Assembly: GCA_045639485.1 (NCBI GenBank)
Contig: JAZUDF010000066.1
Location: 15,965 to 79,964 of the forward strand
DNA length: 64,000 nucleotides
Direction of reading: 5' to 3'
From: Faecousia sp.
GTDB lineage: Bacteria > Bacillota > Clostridia > Oscillospirales > Oscillospiraceae
Shown: in pieces, positions 34,580 through 43,802 of the stretch
Layout of the letters: each line of letters opens with the position of its first letter
Numbering within the stretch: position 1 is the first letter of the stretch
Program-made: the position numbers and the translations under genes
Notes under the pieces: generated by a model
Database searches by the model: none
Told to the model about the DNA's origin: nothing
The model's input: the letters and a program-made list of their open reading frames with translations, nothing else

Positions 34580-36088
34580 CTACTGCATCGGGATCAGCAG
34601 GATCGCACCGTCCGTTACAGATCCGCACGTCAAACCGTTTGCCTCACAGATCGCTTCCACTGTGCTGTGGCATTCCTTTGCAATTTTCCACACGCTTTCC
34701 GTTCCTGCTCGTTTTGCGATCAACGAAGGTCTTCCAATGTCCTTTTCCTTTCGCTGCTCGATCTTCGCACTTTGAAGCGTGTGCAGTTTGCTGCCCATAT
34801 TGCTTTCGATCTGCAGCTGTGCGGTCATACGGAGCGTTACATTGTCATACGACGCCAGACACACCGGCTGCTCAAAAACCGTTCCTTCGGCATTGCAAAA
34901 GGCGTCAGGTGCACACACTGTGTCGCAGCAGATCTCGTGCTTCGTTTCTTTCCCTTGTAATTTCCCATCACGGTCAATGTAAATAACATTGGCAAAAATC
35001 GGCATGACGATTTTCACACGGTCATTGTCACGTCGAACGATCGGGCAGTCCGCATAGACCTGTGCATCGATGACTCTGTCCGCAACTGCTGATGCAGATG
35101 CTTCGCCGCTTGCAGCGAGATTCTGGCAGTCAAGTGCCGCCGGCAGAAGGATATCCTGCCATTGTGCATCCAGTTCTCCATGCGTCACATAGGCATCCTC
35201 AATCACGGTGACCTTCTTTTTGTCATATACAACAGCCTGTGCATAAGCACCGGTACTGATCAGCAGGCGTTTGGAGTCTTCCTGCCCATCCGTTTCAATT
35301 TCTGCCGACATCGGCTGCAGGTTCATACGAACTTCTCCGCTTTCGGCTTCCCCGTTCAGATCCGCATATTGCGAAAACGGCAGGGCGGTGTCAAAGCAGT
35401 GCAAGGTACCGGTCGAAGTTTCATATAAAAGGTGCAGCAGGATATCTCCTTTGAAAATTGCCTTATCCCCTACTGTTTTGCTTTCAGAAATGCGATAACA
35501 GGCGGAAGATCTCAGTATTTTAGAGATGCCCGCAGAGGTTTCCGGAAGCGTGCATTCTTCGTTGATGTGAAATTCCGTTTCTCCCAGAAAAAACGGAAGC
35601 ATCATATCGTAGGAATTGGATTGCACCTGCAGTGTTTTCGGACGCTCGGGCAGTGCATTGACGCAGGCCGTGCATGCCGTATATACATCAAAACGACTTC
35701 CGATGTTCACACGGACCAGCATCTTTCGACTGTTAAGGAGTCTGGCATCGATCCGCTTGATCCAGCCGCTGTAAAACACGGACTGTTCCGCGTCATCAGC
35801 AGGCAGATCTTTTCGGACTGTAAAATCAAGATCTTTCTCTGCCAGATGAAGATCGCTGTCATCCGATGAACGGTAGAGAATCGTTGCTTTGACCTGCCCG
35901 GATACCGTCACCTTTCCGCTGCTGCATTCTTTATTTTTCATAAAGATGCTGCCACTGCATGAAATGATCTGCTCGATCTCCTGCATGCTTTCCGGCAGTT
36001 GAAACTCCGTTACCTCTTCCTGATACCCTGCATCGAGCACAGTCTTGCGAAGATAGTTGATCGTTTGCTCCTGAAAATCGACATTCAT
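34580..36088 (-). CDS. sipL: DUF3794 plus C-terminal LysM protein, SipL-like (SpoIVA-interacting spore morphogenetic protein)
   Basis: 502 aa. The C-terminal ~45 aa form a LysM fold pattern (...SVWKIAKECHSTVEAICEANGL...GAILLIP). The gene is immediately upstream of, and co-directional with, spoIVA (13-nt gap). The SipL assignment rests on architecture and context only. Confidence 0.55.
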   Translation of the reverse strand: MNVDFQEQTINYLRKTVLDAGYQEEVTEFQLPESMQEIEQIISCSGSIFMKNKECSSGKVTVSGQVKATILYRSSDDSDLHLAEKDLDFTVRKDLPADDAEQSVFYSGWIKRIDARLLNSRKMLVRVNIGSRFDVYTACTACVNALPERPKTLQVQSNSYDMMLPFFLGETEFHINEECTLPETSAGISKILRSSACYRISESKTVGDKAIFKGDILLHLLYETSTGTLHCFDTALPFSQYADLNGEAESGEVRMNLQPMSAEIETDGQEDSKRLLISTGAYAQAVVYDKKKVTVIEDAYVTHGELDAQWQDILLPAALDCQNLAASGEASASAVADRVIDAQVYADCPIVRRDNDRVKIVMPIFANVIYIDRDGKLQGKETKHEICCDTVCAPDAFCNAEGTVFEQPVCLASYDNVTLRMTAQLQIESNMGSKLHTLQSAKIEQRKEKDIGRPSLIAKRAGTESVWKIAKECHSTVEAICEANGLTCGSVTDGAILLIPMQ

Positions 36089-36155
36089 ATTGTTTCACTC
36101 CTTGTATGTTCTGCTGAATTATACGCTAAATAATTCGGGAATATGCTTCTGTAAG

Positions 36156-36305
36156 TCACCATTTTCTCAGCAGCATGATGCCGACGATCAGAAAGCCGAT
36201 CCCGCCAATGACACATAAGACGTCGGACTGAAACAAACATGCGAACAACATTCCTGCACCGAAGCCGAGCAACGCAAGACCGATTTTTCTGTATTTTTGA
36301 AACAT
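36156..36305 (-). CDS. Hypothetical 49-aa two-helix membrane peptide (not in the ORF track)
   Basis: MFQKYRKIGLALLGFGAGMLFACLFQSDVLCVIGGIGFLIVGIMLLRKW. AGGAGG lies 7 nt upstream, but inside the 3' arm of the rsgA terminator hairpin. Confidence 0.4.
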   Translation of the reverse strand: MFQKYRKIGLALLGFGAGMLFACLFQSDVLCVIGGIGFLIVGIMLLRKW

Positions 36306-36310
36306 AAAAC

Positions 36311-36340
36311 CGCCTCCTGCACAAGAATATGCAGGAGGCG
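36311..36340 (-). terminator. Terminator-like hairpin after rsgA whose 3' arm carries the RBS of the 49-aa ORF
   Basis: An 11-bp perfect stem CGCCTCCTGCA/TGCAGGAGGCG with an 8-nt loop. On the minus strand it is followed by GTTTTATGTTT. Confidence 0.6.
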
Positions 36341-36366
36341 TTTTAAAATTAAAAATATTACAGAAT

Positions 36367-37254
36367 TCAGGTCTGTTTCAGTTCCCACGGTTTGATTTCT
36401 TTCGCCTTTTCATACAAACGAACATAACTATCATACCGCGAGGATTCGATTTTCCGGTCACCGAGAGCAGCACGGATCGCACAGCCGGGCTCTTTCAGAT
36501 GAGCACAGTCATGGAACTGGCACTGTCCGATATAGGGAGCAAAATCAGAAAAAGCATACTGCAGGTTTTCCTTCACCACAAGATCCATGCGTTCCGTGTC
36601 AAAGGAGGAGAAACCCGGTGTATCAGCTACCAGCGTATCATCAGGCAATCGATACAGTTCAACGTGCCGCGTCGTGTGTTTGCCGCGTCCGAGTTTCTGT
36701 GAAACCTCGCCCGTTTGAAGAGAAAGATCCGAAGAAAGTGCATTCAGAACAGAACTTTTTCCGACACCGGAATTGCCGGTAAATGCAACGAGTTTTCCGC
36801 TGATCTTTTCACGCAGCAGGTCGATCCCTTCACCGGTCACCGCACTGGTCGTCAATACGTCAAAGCCGGCATGGCTGTAGATCTCATGCAGCTTATCGCC
36901 TTCATTGAGGTCTGATTTGTTAATACAGATCAGGACGGGAACGTTCTGGTTGCCTGCGATCGCGGCAACGCGGTCGATCAAAAACGGATCGGTAACAGGG
37001 ATCACGGCACTGGCAAAAATCACGAGCAGGTCGATATTTGCAACTGCAGGGCGGATAAAGAAATTGCTGCGTGGCAGAATTTCCTCAACCATTCCTTTGC
37101 TTCCCGTTTCGGAAAAACGGACGAAATCGCCGACAAGCGGTGCATTCTCCTCCTGACGGAGCTTGCCGCGTGCACGACACTCCACGGTTTTTCCATCGCA
37201 CAGAACGTAATAGAAGCCGCTCAGTGCTTTCATAATTCTTCCGGTTTGTGTCAT
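36367..37254 (-). CDS. rsgA: Ribosome small subunit-dependent GTPase A
   Basis: Circularly permuted GTPase motifs (NKSDL...GNSGVGKSS) and a C-terminal zinc-binding CxHxxC-type cluster. Confidence 0.92.
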   Translation of the reverse strand: MTQTGRIMKALSGFYYVLCDGKTVECRARGKLRQEENAPLVGDFVRFSETGSKGMVEEILPRSNFFIRPAVANIDLLVIFASAVIPVTDPFLIDRVAAIAGNQNVPVLICINKSDLNEGDKLHEIYSHAGFDVLTTSAVTGEGIDLLREKISGKLVAFTGNSGVGKSSVLNALSSDLSLQTGEVSQKLGRGKHTTRHVELYRLPDDTLVADTPGFSSFDTERMDLVVKENLQYAFSDFAPYIGQCQFHDCAHLKEPGCAIRAALGDRKIESSRYDSYVRLYEKAKEIKPWELKQT

Positions 37255-37257
37255 ACC

Positions 37258-39240
37258 CTATCCTTCCGGTGTATTGTCTGATTCAGACGGAGGAGGTTCC
37301 GGCGGTGCATCCGGTGCTTTCGCAACAGTCAGTGTCACGGTCGAACCGGAAGGAAGTTCCGTGCCTTCCTTCGGATCGGAACTGATGACCGTACCTTCCG
37401 AATAAGAAGATGTTTCCGTATATACAACATTGACGACAAAGCCGGCATCGGTAAGACGCTGCTTTGCATTTTCAACGGAAGATCCAGCCACTGTCGGGAC
37501 CTTGATCATTTCCTTACCCTTTGAAACAGTCAGGTTAACAACGGAGCCTACATCAACTTCCGTATTCCCTGCGGGATACTGTGAAATAACGCAGTCCTTA
37601 TCGATATCATTGCTGTATTCATAGGTGATCACAACGTTCAGCTTCATGTCTTTCAGGACAGTCTGTGCATTGGAAAGCGAACTCTTTCGCAGATCGGGAA
37701 CAGTAACCTGTTCCGCACCCTTACTGACGTAAACCGTGATCACGGCATTGTCTTCCAGCGGCTGGTTCGCCATGGGTTCCGTACGGATAACGTAGCCTTT
37801 TTCTATTTCATTGCTGTATTCTTCTTTTGTCAGAATGGTGATGCCGGTGCCGTCATAGAACCGCTCAACGTTTTCGATCGACATATTGGTCAGATCCTGC
37901 ATTTTTCCCTGCTCACCCTTGGAGATAGAAAGGAAAATGCTTCTGCCGCGTTTGACGGTCATATCAGGCTCAATATCCTGGCGGATGATCTGTCCTGCAG
38001 GATATTCGCTGCTGTATTCGTACGAACTTTCATTGACGACAAAGGTAAATTCGGGATAAGCCGCAATGAATTCTTCGTTATACATCATGCCGACAAAATT
38101 AGGCACGACAACGTCTTCGTCAACTGTAGTAGAGGTCGGTGTTTCAGTCCCGCGATTGGCTGCCAGGCCAACGAATAGACAGATCAGACCGATCAGGGCG
38201 ATCGCAGCACAGGCGATCACGGTGATCAGGATCATCCGTTTATTCTTTTCCTGCACGTCGGTTTCTTTTTGCGAAGCGGCAGCAGGACGGCGGGTTTGCT
38301 GCTGCGGTCTGCCTTGTGCAGCCTGTGGACGCAGCGAAGTGCCCATACGCACCGAAGCACCGGAATTGGAGCGGCGATGTTCAGGAACAGGTGCAGTAAA
38401 GTTGAACATGACAGTCGGATTTTTCCGCAGTTCTTCCATGTCCCGGAGCATATCCGAGGCAGAAGAATAGCGAATATTCAGGTCAGAGCACATGGCGTGC
38501 ATCGTGATCTGTTCCAGGCCGAGCGGAATGTTGGAATTCAGCAGCGACGGCTTGACAGGCGTGCCATTGATATGCTGGATCGCAACAGATACCGGAGTAT
38601 CACCGTCATAGGGCGGTCTTCCGGTCAGCATCTGATACATTACGACGCCAAGCGAATAAAGGTCTGTACGATTATCCACTCTGCCGCCTTTTGCCTGCTC
38701 AGGCGATATGTAATGAACGGAGCCGAGTGCTTCTTTGGTCAACGTGTTCTGTGACGAGGCAACTCTGGCAATGCCAAAGTCAGCGACCTTGACGCTTCCG
38801 TCTTTCAGGATCATGATATTGTGCGGCTTGATGTCCCGATGAATAATGCCGCGTCCGTGTGCGTGGTCAAGTGCTTTGGCGATCTGCATGGAAAAGTGAA
38901 GCGTTTCACGCCATGAAAGGATGCCCTTATTCTCCATGTACTGCTTCAGCGTGATGCCGTCAATCAGCTCCATGACGATATAGTCCATGCTTTCATTATG
39001 CGACACGTCATAGACGTTGTCGATGTTCTGATGTGACATCATCGCAACTGCCTGGGACTCCCCGTGGAATCTTCTGCGGAATTCCTCGTCGTGGGAATAC
39101 TCGTCCTTCAGGATCTTGATCGCTACAAGACGGTTCAAACGGTGGCACATCGCTTTATAGACCACAGCCATTCCACCGACGCCGATGACTTCTAATATTT
39201 CGTATCTGTCATCAAGCATCTGGCCGATATATTTATCCAT
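37258..39240 (-). CDS. prkC: Ser/Thr protein kinase with extracellular PASTA repeats (PrkC/Stk1 type)
   Basis: Hanks kinase motifs (GGMAVVYKA, HRDIKPHN, DFG, SPEQ), a TM helix, and three or four PASTA-like repeats. Confidence 0.92.
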   Translation of the reverse strand: MDKYIGQMLDDRYEILEVIGVGGMAVVYKAMCHRLNRLVAIKILKDEYSHDEEFRRRFHGESQAVAMMSHQNIDNVYDVSHNESMDYIVMELIDGITLKQYMENKGILSWRETLHFSMQIAKALDHAHGRGIIHRDIKPHNIMILKDGSVKVADFGIARVASSQNTLTKEALGSVHYISPEQAKGGRVDNRTDLYSLGVVMYQMLTGRPPYDGDTPVSVAIQHINGTPVKPSLLNSNIPLGLEQITMHAMCSDLNIRYSSASDMLRDMEELRKNPTVMFNFTAPVPEHRRSNSGASVRMGTSLRPQAAQGRPQQQTRRPAAASQKETDVQEKNKRMILITVIACAAIALIGLICLFVGLAANRGTETPTSTTVDEDVVVPNFVGMMYNEEFIAAYPEFTFVVNESSYEYSSEYPAGQIIRQDIEPDMTVKRGRSIFLSISKGEQGKMQDLTNMSIENVERFYDGTGITILTKEEYSNEIEKGYVIRTEPMANQPLEDNAVITVYVSKGAEQVTVPDLRKSSLSNAQTVLKDMKLNVVITYEYSNDIDKDCVISQYPAGNTEVDVGSVVNLTVSKGKEMIKVPTVAGSSVENAKQRLTDAGFVVNVVYTETSSYSEGTVISSDPKEGTELPSGSTVTLTVAKAPDAPPEPPPSESDNTPEG

Positions 39241-39280
39241 AAAAAATCTCCTTACCGAAAGGGTGAATGATTCGTAATGA

Positions 39281-40012
39281 TCAGATTGAAATCAAAAGGG
39301 CTGTCACATTATCGGGTGCACCACGCTGTTTCACGATTTCAAGCAACCGCTGACAGCAGTCGGATTTATTCACGCCGTGGACAGTTTCAAACAGGATCTC
39401 CTGATCGCCGAGAAGATTGGACAAGCCATCAGAGCAGAGCAGAATATTGTCACCTTTGCGAAGCGGAAGCCGATAAATGTCGCACGCAACCGTTTCCTCT
39501 GTGCCGACCGCTCTTGTGATCAGGTTCTTGCCTGGGTAACTCTTCGCTTCTTCCCGTTTGAGTTCTCCTCGCTGCACCATCATCTCAACGACCGAATGAT
39601 CAGTTGTGATGCAGCGGACATCCATTTGGTTGAGCAGATATGCACGGGAATCGCCGACATTCACGACAACGCCCGTCCCGCCGAGCACGAGGATCGCAAC
39701 CAAAGTCGTTCCCATGCCGGTGTAGTCATCGCTGAATTTTGCATTTTCAAACACAGCCGTGTTGGCAAGACTGACTGCCATACGGAGTGCTGTTTCTGCC
39801 TTTTCAAGGTCCATATCCGGCTGAACGGAGCGTTTCATTTCCGTGATAAATGTCTCTGCGGCCAGTTTACTGGCGATGTTGCCGGATTTTGCACCGCCCA
39901 TACCGTCACAGACAACGGCGATCAAGGTCTGATCATCAATTTTCGCCGTCAGATAATAATCCTGGTTTTGTTTTCTGACTTTACCGGGATCCGTAATTCC
40001 CCAATATTCCAA
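39281..40012 (-). CDS. stp: PP2C-family Ser/Thr phosphatase (Stp/PrpC)
   Basis: ...NQDYY...VCDGMGG...LLCSDGLS PP2C motifs. Confidence 0.9.
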   Translation of the reverse strand: MEYWGITDPGKVRKQNQDYYLTAKIDDQTLIAVVCDGMGGAKSGNIASKLAAETFITEMKRSVQPDMDLEKAETALRMAVSLANTAVFENAKFSDDYTGMGTTLVAILVLGGTGVVVNVGDSRAYLLNQMDVRCITTDHSVVEMMVQRGELKREEAKSYPGKNLITRAVGTEETVACDIYRLPLRKGDNILLCSDGLSNLLGDQEILFETVHGVNKSDCCQRLLEIVKQRGAPDNVTALLISI

Positions 40013-40031
40013 TCAGGTCGCTCCTTTCTGT

Positions 40032-41066
40032 TTATTGATTCGCTTTTGCATAATTCCTGCGAAGCTGGCCGCAGGAAGCATCGATATCGCTGCCGAGTGT
40101 ACGGCGAACCGTAGCCGTTACGCCGCCTTCCTCCAGAATTTTCTGGAACGCAAACACTGTTTCTTTCGTGCTCGGTTTGAGCGGGCTCTCTTCTACGTCG
40201 TTGAGCGGGATGAGATTAACGTGTGCCGGCAGCCCTCTGAGCAGTTTCAACAAGGTCTGTGCCGTTTTTGCGGAGTCATTGACATCCCGTATCATTGCAT
40301 ATTCAAAAGATATTCTGCGTCCTGTGCGTTCAAAATATGCCTTGCATGCAGCGATCAGCTGTTCCACAGGATACGCCTTATTGACCGGCATAATACGGCT
40401 GCGGGTTTCATTATCAGGTGCATGCAGGGATACGGAAAGCGTCAGCTGCAGATTTTTTTCTGCAAGTGCATTGATTTTCGGCACAATGCCGCAGGTTGAA
40501 AGGCTGATATGCCGCATGCCGATGTTCATGCCGTCAGGATGATTGACGAGTTCTAAAAACTTCATCACCGTGTCGAAGTTGTCGAGTGGCTCTCCAATGC
40601 CCATCAGCACAATGTTGGAAATCGGCAAGCCGGAGTCGATCTGTGTGAACAGCACCTCATCAAGCATTTCAGCCGGTGTCAGTCTGCGGACAAGACCGCC
40701 GATCGTGGATGCACAGAACGCACATCCCATCGGGCAGCCGACTTCAGAGGAAATGCAGACTGTATTGCCGTGATGGTACTGCATCAGAACAGTCTCCACG
40801 CAGTTTCCGTCAGAAAGACGCCACAAATATTTGATTGTTCCGTCTTTTGCAGAAATCTGTTTGCGAACAACGACCGGGACAGTCAACGCAAAACGCTCCT
40901 GCAATAGTTCCCTCAGCTGAACAGAGAGATTCGTCATTGCATCAAAAGACGTGACTCCCTTATTCAGCCATGCATAGATCTGTTTTGCACGGAATGCAGG
41001 TTGTCCGAGTTCTTTCATCGCCTCTGTCAGTTCGGGAAGCGATAAAGATTTAATTTCCTGTTTCAA
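40032..41066 (-). CDS. rlmN: 23S rRNA (adenine2503-C2)-methyltransferase, radical SAM
   Basis: FRAKQIYAWL..., the radical-SAM CxxxCxxC motif (GCPMGCAFC), and C-terminal ...ASCGQL. Confidence 0.92.
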   Translation of the reverse strand: MKQEIKSLSLPELTEAMKELGQPAFRAKQIYAWLNKGVTSFDAMTNLSVQLRELLQERFALTVPVVVRKQISAKDGTIKYLWRLSDGNCVETVLMQYHHGNTVCISSEVGCPMGCAFCASTIGGLVRRLTPAEMLDEVLFTQIDSGLPISNIVLMGIGEPLDNFDTVMKFLELVNHPDGMNIGMRHISLSTCGIVPKINALAEKNLQLTLSVSLHAPDNETRSRIMPVNKAYPVEQLIAACKAYFERTGRRISFEYAMIRDVNDSAKTAQTLLKLLRGLPAHVNLIPLNDVEESPLKPSTKETVFAFQKILEEGGVTATVRRTLGSDIDASCGQLRRNYAKANQ

Positions 41067-42388
41067 GCGTTCCTCCTGAACTTGGCAATGAAAAAGCCGT
41101 CAGTGCCGTATTCATACGGCAGTAAAGTCAAACTCGTTTTTTCCCCGAACATCTCGGGAAGCGGTAAGATCTCCGCCGAATATTCCGGATGTGCCTGCAA
41201 AAATGCACCGCAAACCTCTTCGTTTTCGCGTTTGAGTACCGTGCAGGTGCTGTAGAGAAGAACACCGCCCGGTTTCACGTAACTTGCCTGCGTATTAAGG
41301 ATACGAAGCTGAATTGCAGGCAGCTTTTCAGTTTCGGAAACGTCTTTATAGCGAATATCAGGCTTTTTTCTGATCACACCAAAGCCGGAGCACGGAACAT
41401 CAGCGATCACAACGTCAAATGCATCTGAAAAATCCTCACAGAAGGCGGAAGCATCCGCCTGCATCGCGTGAATGATCGACAAGCCGAGGCGTTCCGCACC
41501 TTTTTCGATCAATGTTGTTTTATGAGCATGAAGGTCACATGATGTGATACAGCCGATATTCTGCATCTGAATGGCACAGGCAAAGCTTTTTCCGCCCGGT
41601 GCACTGCAACAGTCAAGAACGTGATCTCCCGGCCTTACACCGCTGCAGGCAGCCACCAGTTTGGCAGCCGCATCCTGCACATAGATCGCACCGGAAGCAA
41701 AGAGTTCTGTGTGTTCGATGCTGCCGCCGGAGATCAGAAGGCAGTCCGTAAGCCACGGATGACGTTCTGTATGAAATCCTTCCTGTGCCAGTTTTTCTTC
41801 AGCACTTGCCGTATCGCAGCACAATGTATTGATCTGTACGCATGTTTTCGGAGCCTCATTGTCACACTGCAGAAAATCGACGACATGCTCTTCCCCTATG
41901 CTGTCCTTTAAGAGGACCACAAGCGGTTCCGGATGACTGTAGCGAATACTCAGATCTTCCGAAAGGTCAAGTCTTTCCGGTGTCCGAAGCATAGAGCGAA
42001 GCACTGCATTGACAAGACCGGCAGCACGCGGATTAGCGTGGCGTTTGCACTGTGAAACTGCCTCATTCACCGCTGCAGAAGGCGGAATCTTATCAAGGAA
42101 TTTCAACTGGAATACAGCAAGCCGCAGAATATCCGTAACGACAGGCTGCAGTTTTTCGATTTTGCAGTTCAGAAACCGCCCGATCCAATCATCCAGCTGC
42201 ATTCTGTTTTGCAGCACGCCATAGGTAAGCTGTGATGCAAGTGCTGCGTCTCTGCGATCAAGGCCGTCACGCACAATATATTCTTTTAACGTGCCGTCAG
42301 ACCAGGCCGCTTTTGTGCGGCAGGCAATCAGCACCGACAAAGCAGTGTCTCTCGCACTCATTGACAGTCTCTTTTCAAAGGAATTCAT
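41063..42388 (-). CDS. rsmB: 16S rRNA (cytosine967-C5)-methyltransferase
   Basis: An N-terminal NusB-like domain. ...DCCSAPGGKS... and ...DVPCSG..., ...YSTCT motifs. Confidence 0.9.
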   Translation of the reverse strand: MNSFEKRLSMSARDTALSVLIACRTKAAWSDGTLKEYIVRDGLDRRDAALASQLTYGVLQNRMQLDDWIGRFLNCKIEKLQPVVTDILRLAVFQLKFLDKIPPSAAVNEAVSQCKRHANPRAAGLVNAVLRSMLRTPERLDLSEDLSIRYSHPEPLVVLLKDSIGEEHVVDFLQCDNEAPKTCVQINTLCCDTASAEEKLAQEGFHTERHPWLTDCLLISGGSIEHTELFASGAIYVQDAAAKLVAACSGVRPGDHVLDCCSAPGGKSFACAIQMQNIGCITSCDLHAHKTTLIEKGAERLGLSIIHAMQADASAFCEDFSDAFDVVIADVPCSGFGVIRKKPDIRYKDVSETEKLPAIQLRILNTQASYVKPGGVLLYSTCTVLKRENEEVCGAFLQAHPEYSAEILPLPEMFGEKTSLTLLPYEYGTDGFFIAKFRRNA

Positions 42389-43305
42389 TAAATGCTGATC
42401 GGATGCCCGCGGAAATAATCCGGCGAACGCATCCGTTTGCCGCCGTCAGCCTGCAGTTCCGTGACAAGCACACTACCGTCTTTGCAGGCAACAAGAAGGC
42501 CTTTTTTCGTCAGTTCGATTGGCATTCCGGGAACACTGTCGCTCCGGGCTTCGGAGCATTCCGCACCGAAAATTTTAAAATGCGTTCCGCAGATCTCCGC
42601 TGTTGCGGCAGGCCACGGATCAAGTCCGTGAATCTGACAGACGATCTGCTTTGCAGTTTTTGTCCAATCGATCGGTGAAAGGTCTTTTGTCAGCATCGGT
42701 GCATAGCTTGCAAGCGAGGCATCCTGCGGCGTAGCATGCAAGCGACCGTTTTGCTTAACTGCAGACAGCGTATCGTAGAGCAGATCGGCCCCGATCAGTG
42801 CAAGTCGATCCATAAGCTCCCCTGCTGTTTCTGCAGGATCAAGCGGTGTTCTGCGGATCTCGATAATGTCGCCTTCATCCATACCGGCAGACATATACAT
42901 TGCAGTCACGCCGGTTTCTTCAAGGCCGTTCAAAACAGCCCACTGTACGGGAGCTGCACCGCGTAATGCCGGTAAAATACTGCCGTGGATATTGATGCAC
43001 CCGAATTTCGGAAGATCGAGCACACGCTGCGGCAGGATCTTGCCATAGGCAACTGCGATAATAACATCCGGCTGTAGGGCTTTAAGTTCCTCATAAACCG
43101 CATCATCCTTGAAAGTGACAGGCTGATACACGGAATAGCCTTTTTCAAGTGCCAATGCTTTGACTTCCGAAACTGCAAGCTTCATACCGCGGTTTTTCGG
43201 CGTATCGATTTTCGTGTAAACGCCGACAATGTCAAAATCACCGTCGGAAATACGGGCCAGGCAGGTGGCTGCAAAGGCAGGCGTTCCCATAAAGACGACT
43301 CTCAT
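42388..43305 (-). CDS. fmt: Methionyl-tRNA formyltransferase
   Basis: MRVVFMGTPAFA...NIHGSILPALRGAAP. Confidence 0.93.
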   Translation of the reverse strand: MRVVFMGTPAFAATCLARISDGDFDIVGVYTKIDTPKNRGMKLAVSEVKALALEKGYSVYQPVTFKDDAVYEELKALQPDVIIAVAYGKILPQRVLDLPKFGCINIHGSILPALRGAAPVQWAVLNGLEETGVTAMYMSAGMDEGDIIEIRRTPLDPAETAGELMDRLALIGADLLYDTLSAVKQNGRLHATPQDASLASYAPMLTKDLSPIDWTKTAKQIVCQIHGLDPWPAATAEICGTHFKIFGAECSEARSDSVPGMPIELTKKGLLVACKDGSVLVTELQADGGKRMRSPDYFRGHPISI

Positions 43306-43790
43306 TCGTCATCCTCCTTCATGAGCTCTGCATACTCTTCGTCCGTTAACATACGATACGCTTTTTCCGTATATAAATGACCGTCAAGATGCTCGATCTC
43401 GTGGCAGAAACAGCGAGCGATCAGTTCTTCTCCCTCATACTCATACCAGTCGCCAGTGCGATCCTGTGCTTTCACTTTTACATAATTCGGGCGAACGACC
43501 ATGCCGTATTTGTCCGGAACACTCAGACAGCCTTCCAGACCGTCCTGCTCGCCGGAGGTTTCGAGAATTTCGGGATTGACAAGTTCAAGGATCTCATCTC
43601 CGACATCCACAACAACAACTCTGCGAAGAATTGCGACCTGCGGTGCGGCGAGTCCCACACCGTTTGCTCTGACCAGCGTTTCTTTCATATCATCGATCAG
43701 CTGTGCAAGCCGATCGTCAAACGCTGTGACCGGTCTGGAGATTTTGTTGAGCGTCGGATTGCCGACAGTAATAATGTTTCTAAGAGCCAT
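43302..43790 (-). CDS. def: Peptide deformylase
   Basis: GVGLAAPQ, EGCLS and HEIEHLDG motifs. Confidence 0.94.
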   Translation of the reverse strand: MALRNIITVGNPTLNKISRPVTAFDDRLAQLIDDMKETLVRANGVGLAAPQVAILRRVVVVDVGDEILELVNPEILETSGEQDGLEGCLSVPDKYGMVVRPNYVKVKAQDRTGDWYEYEGEELIARCFCHEIEHLDGHLYTEKAYRMLTDEEYAELMKEDDE

Positions 43791-43802
43791 AAATAACCTC
43801 TG

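Noticed and set aside
36085-36388. The track ORFs 36085-36324 and 36188-36388 (minus strand).
   Set aside because: They are alternative frames across the intergenic hairpin and the end of rsgA, are Arg/Cys-rich, and have no RBS. The 49-aa frame with AGGAGG is the only plausible coding frame here.
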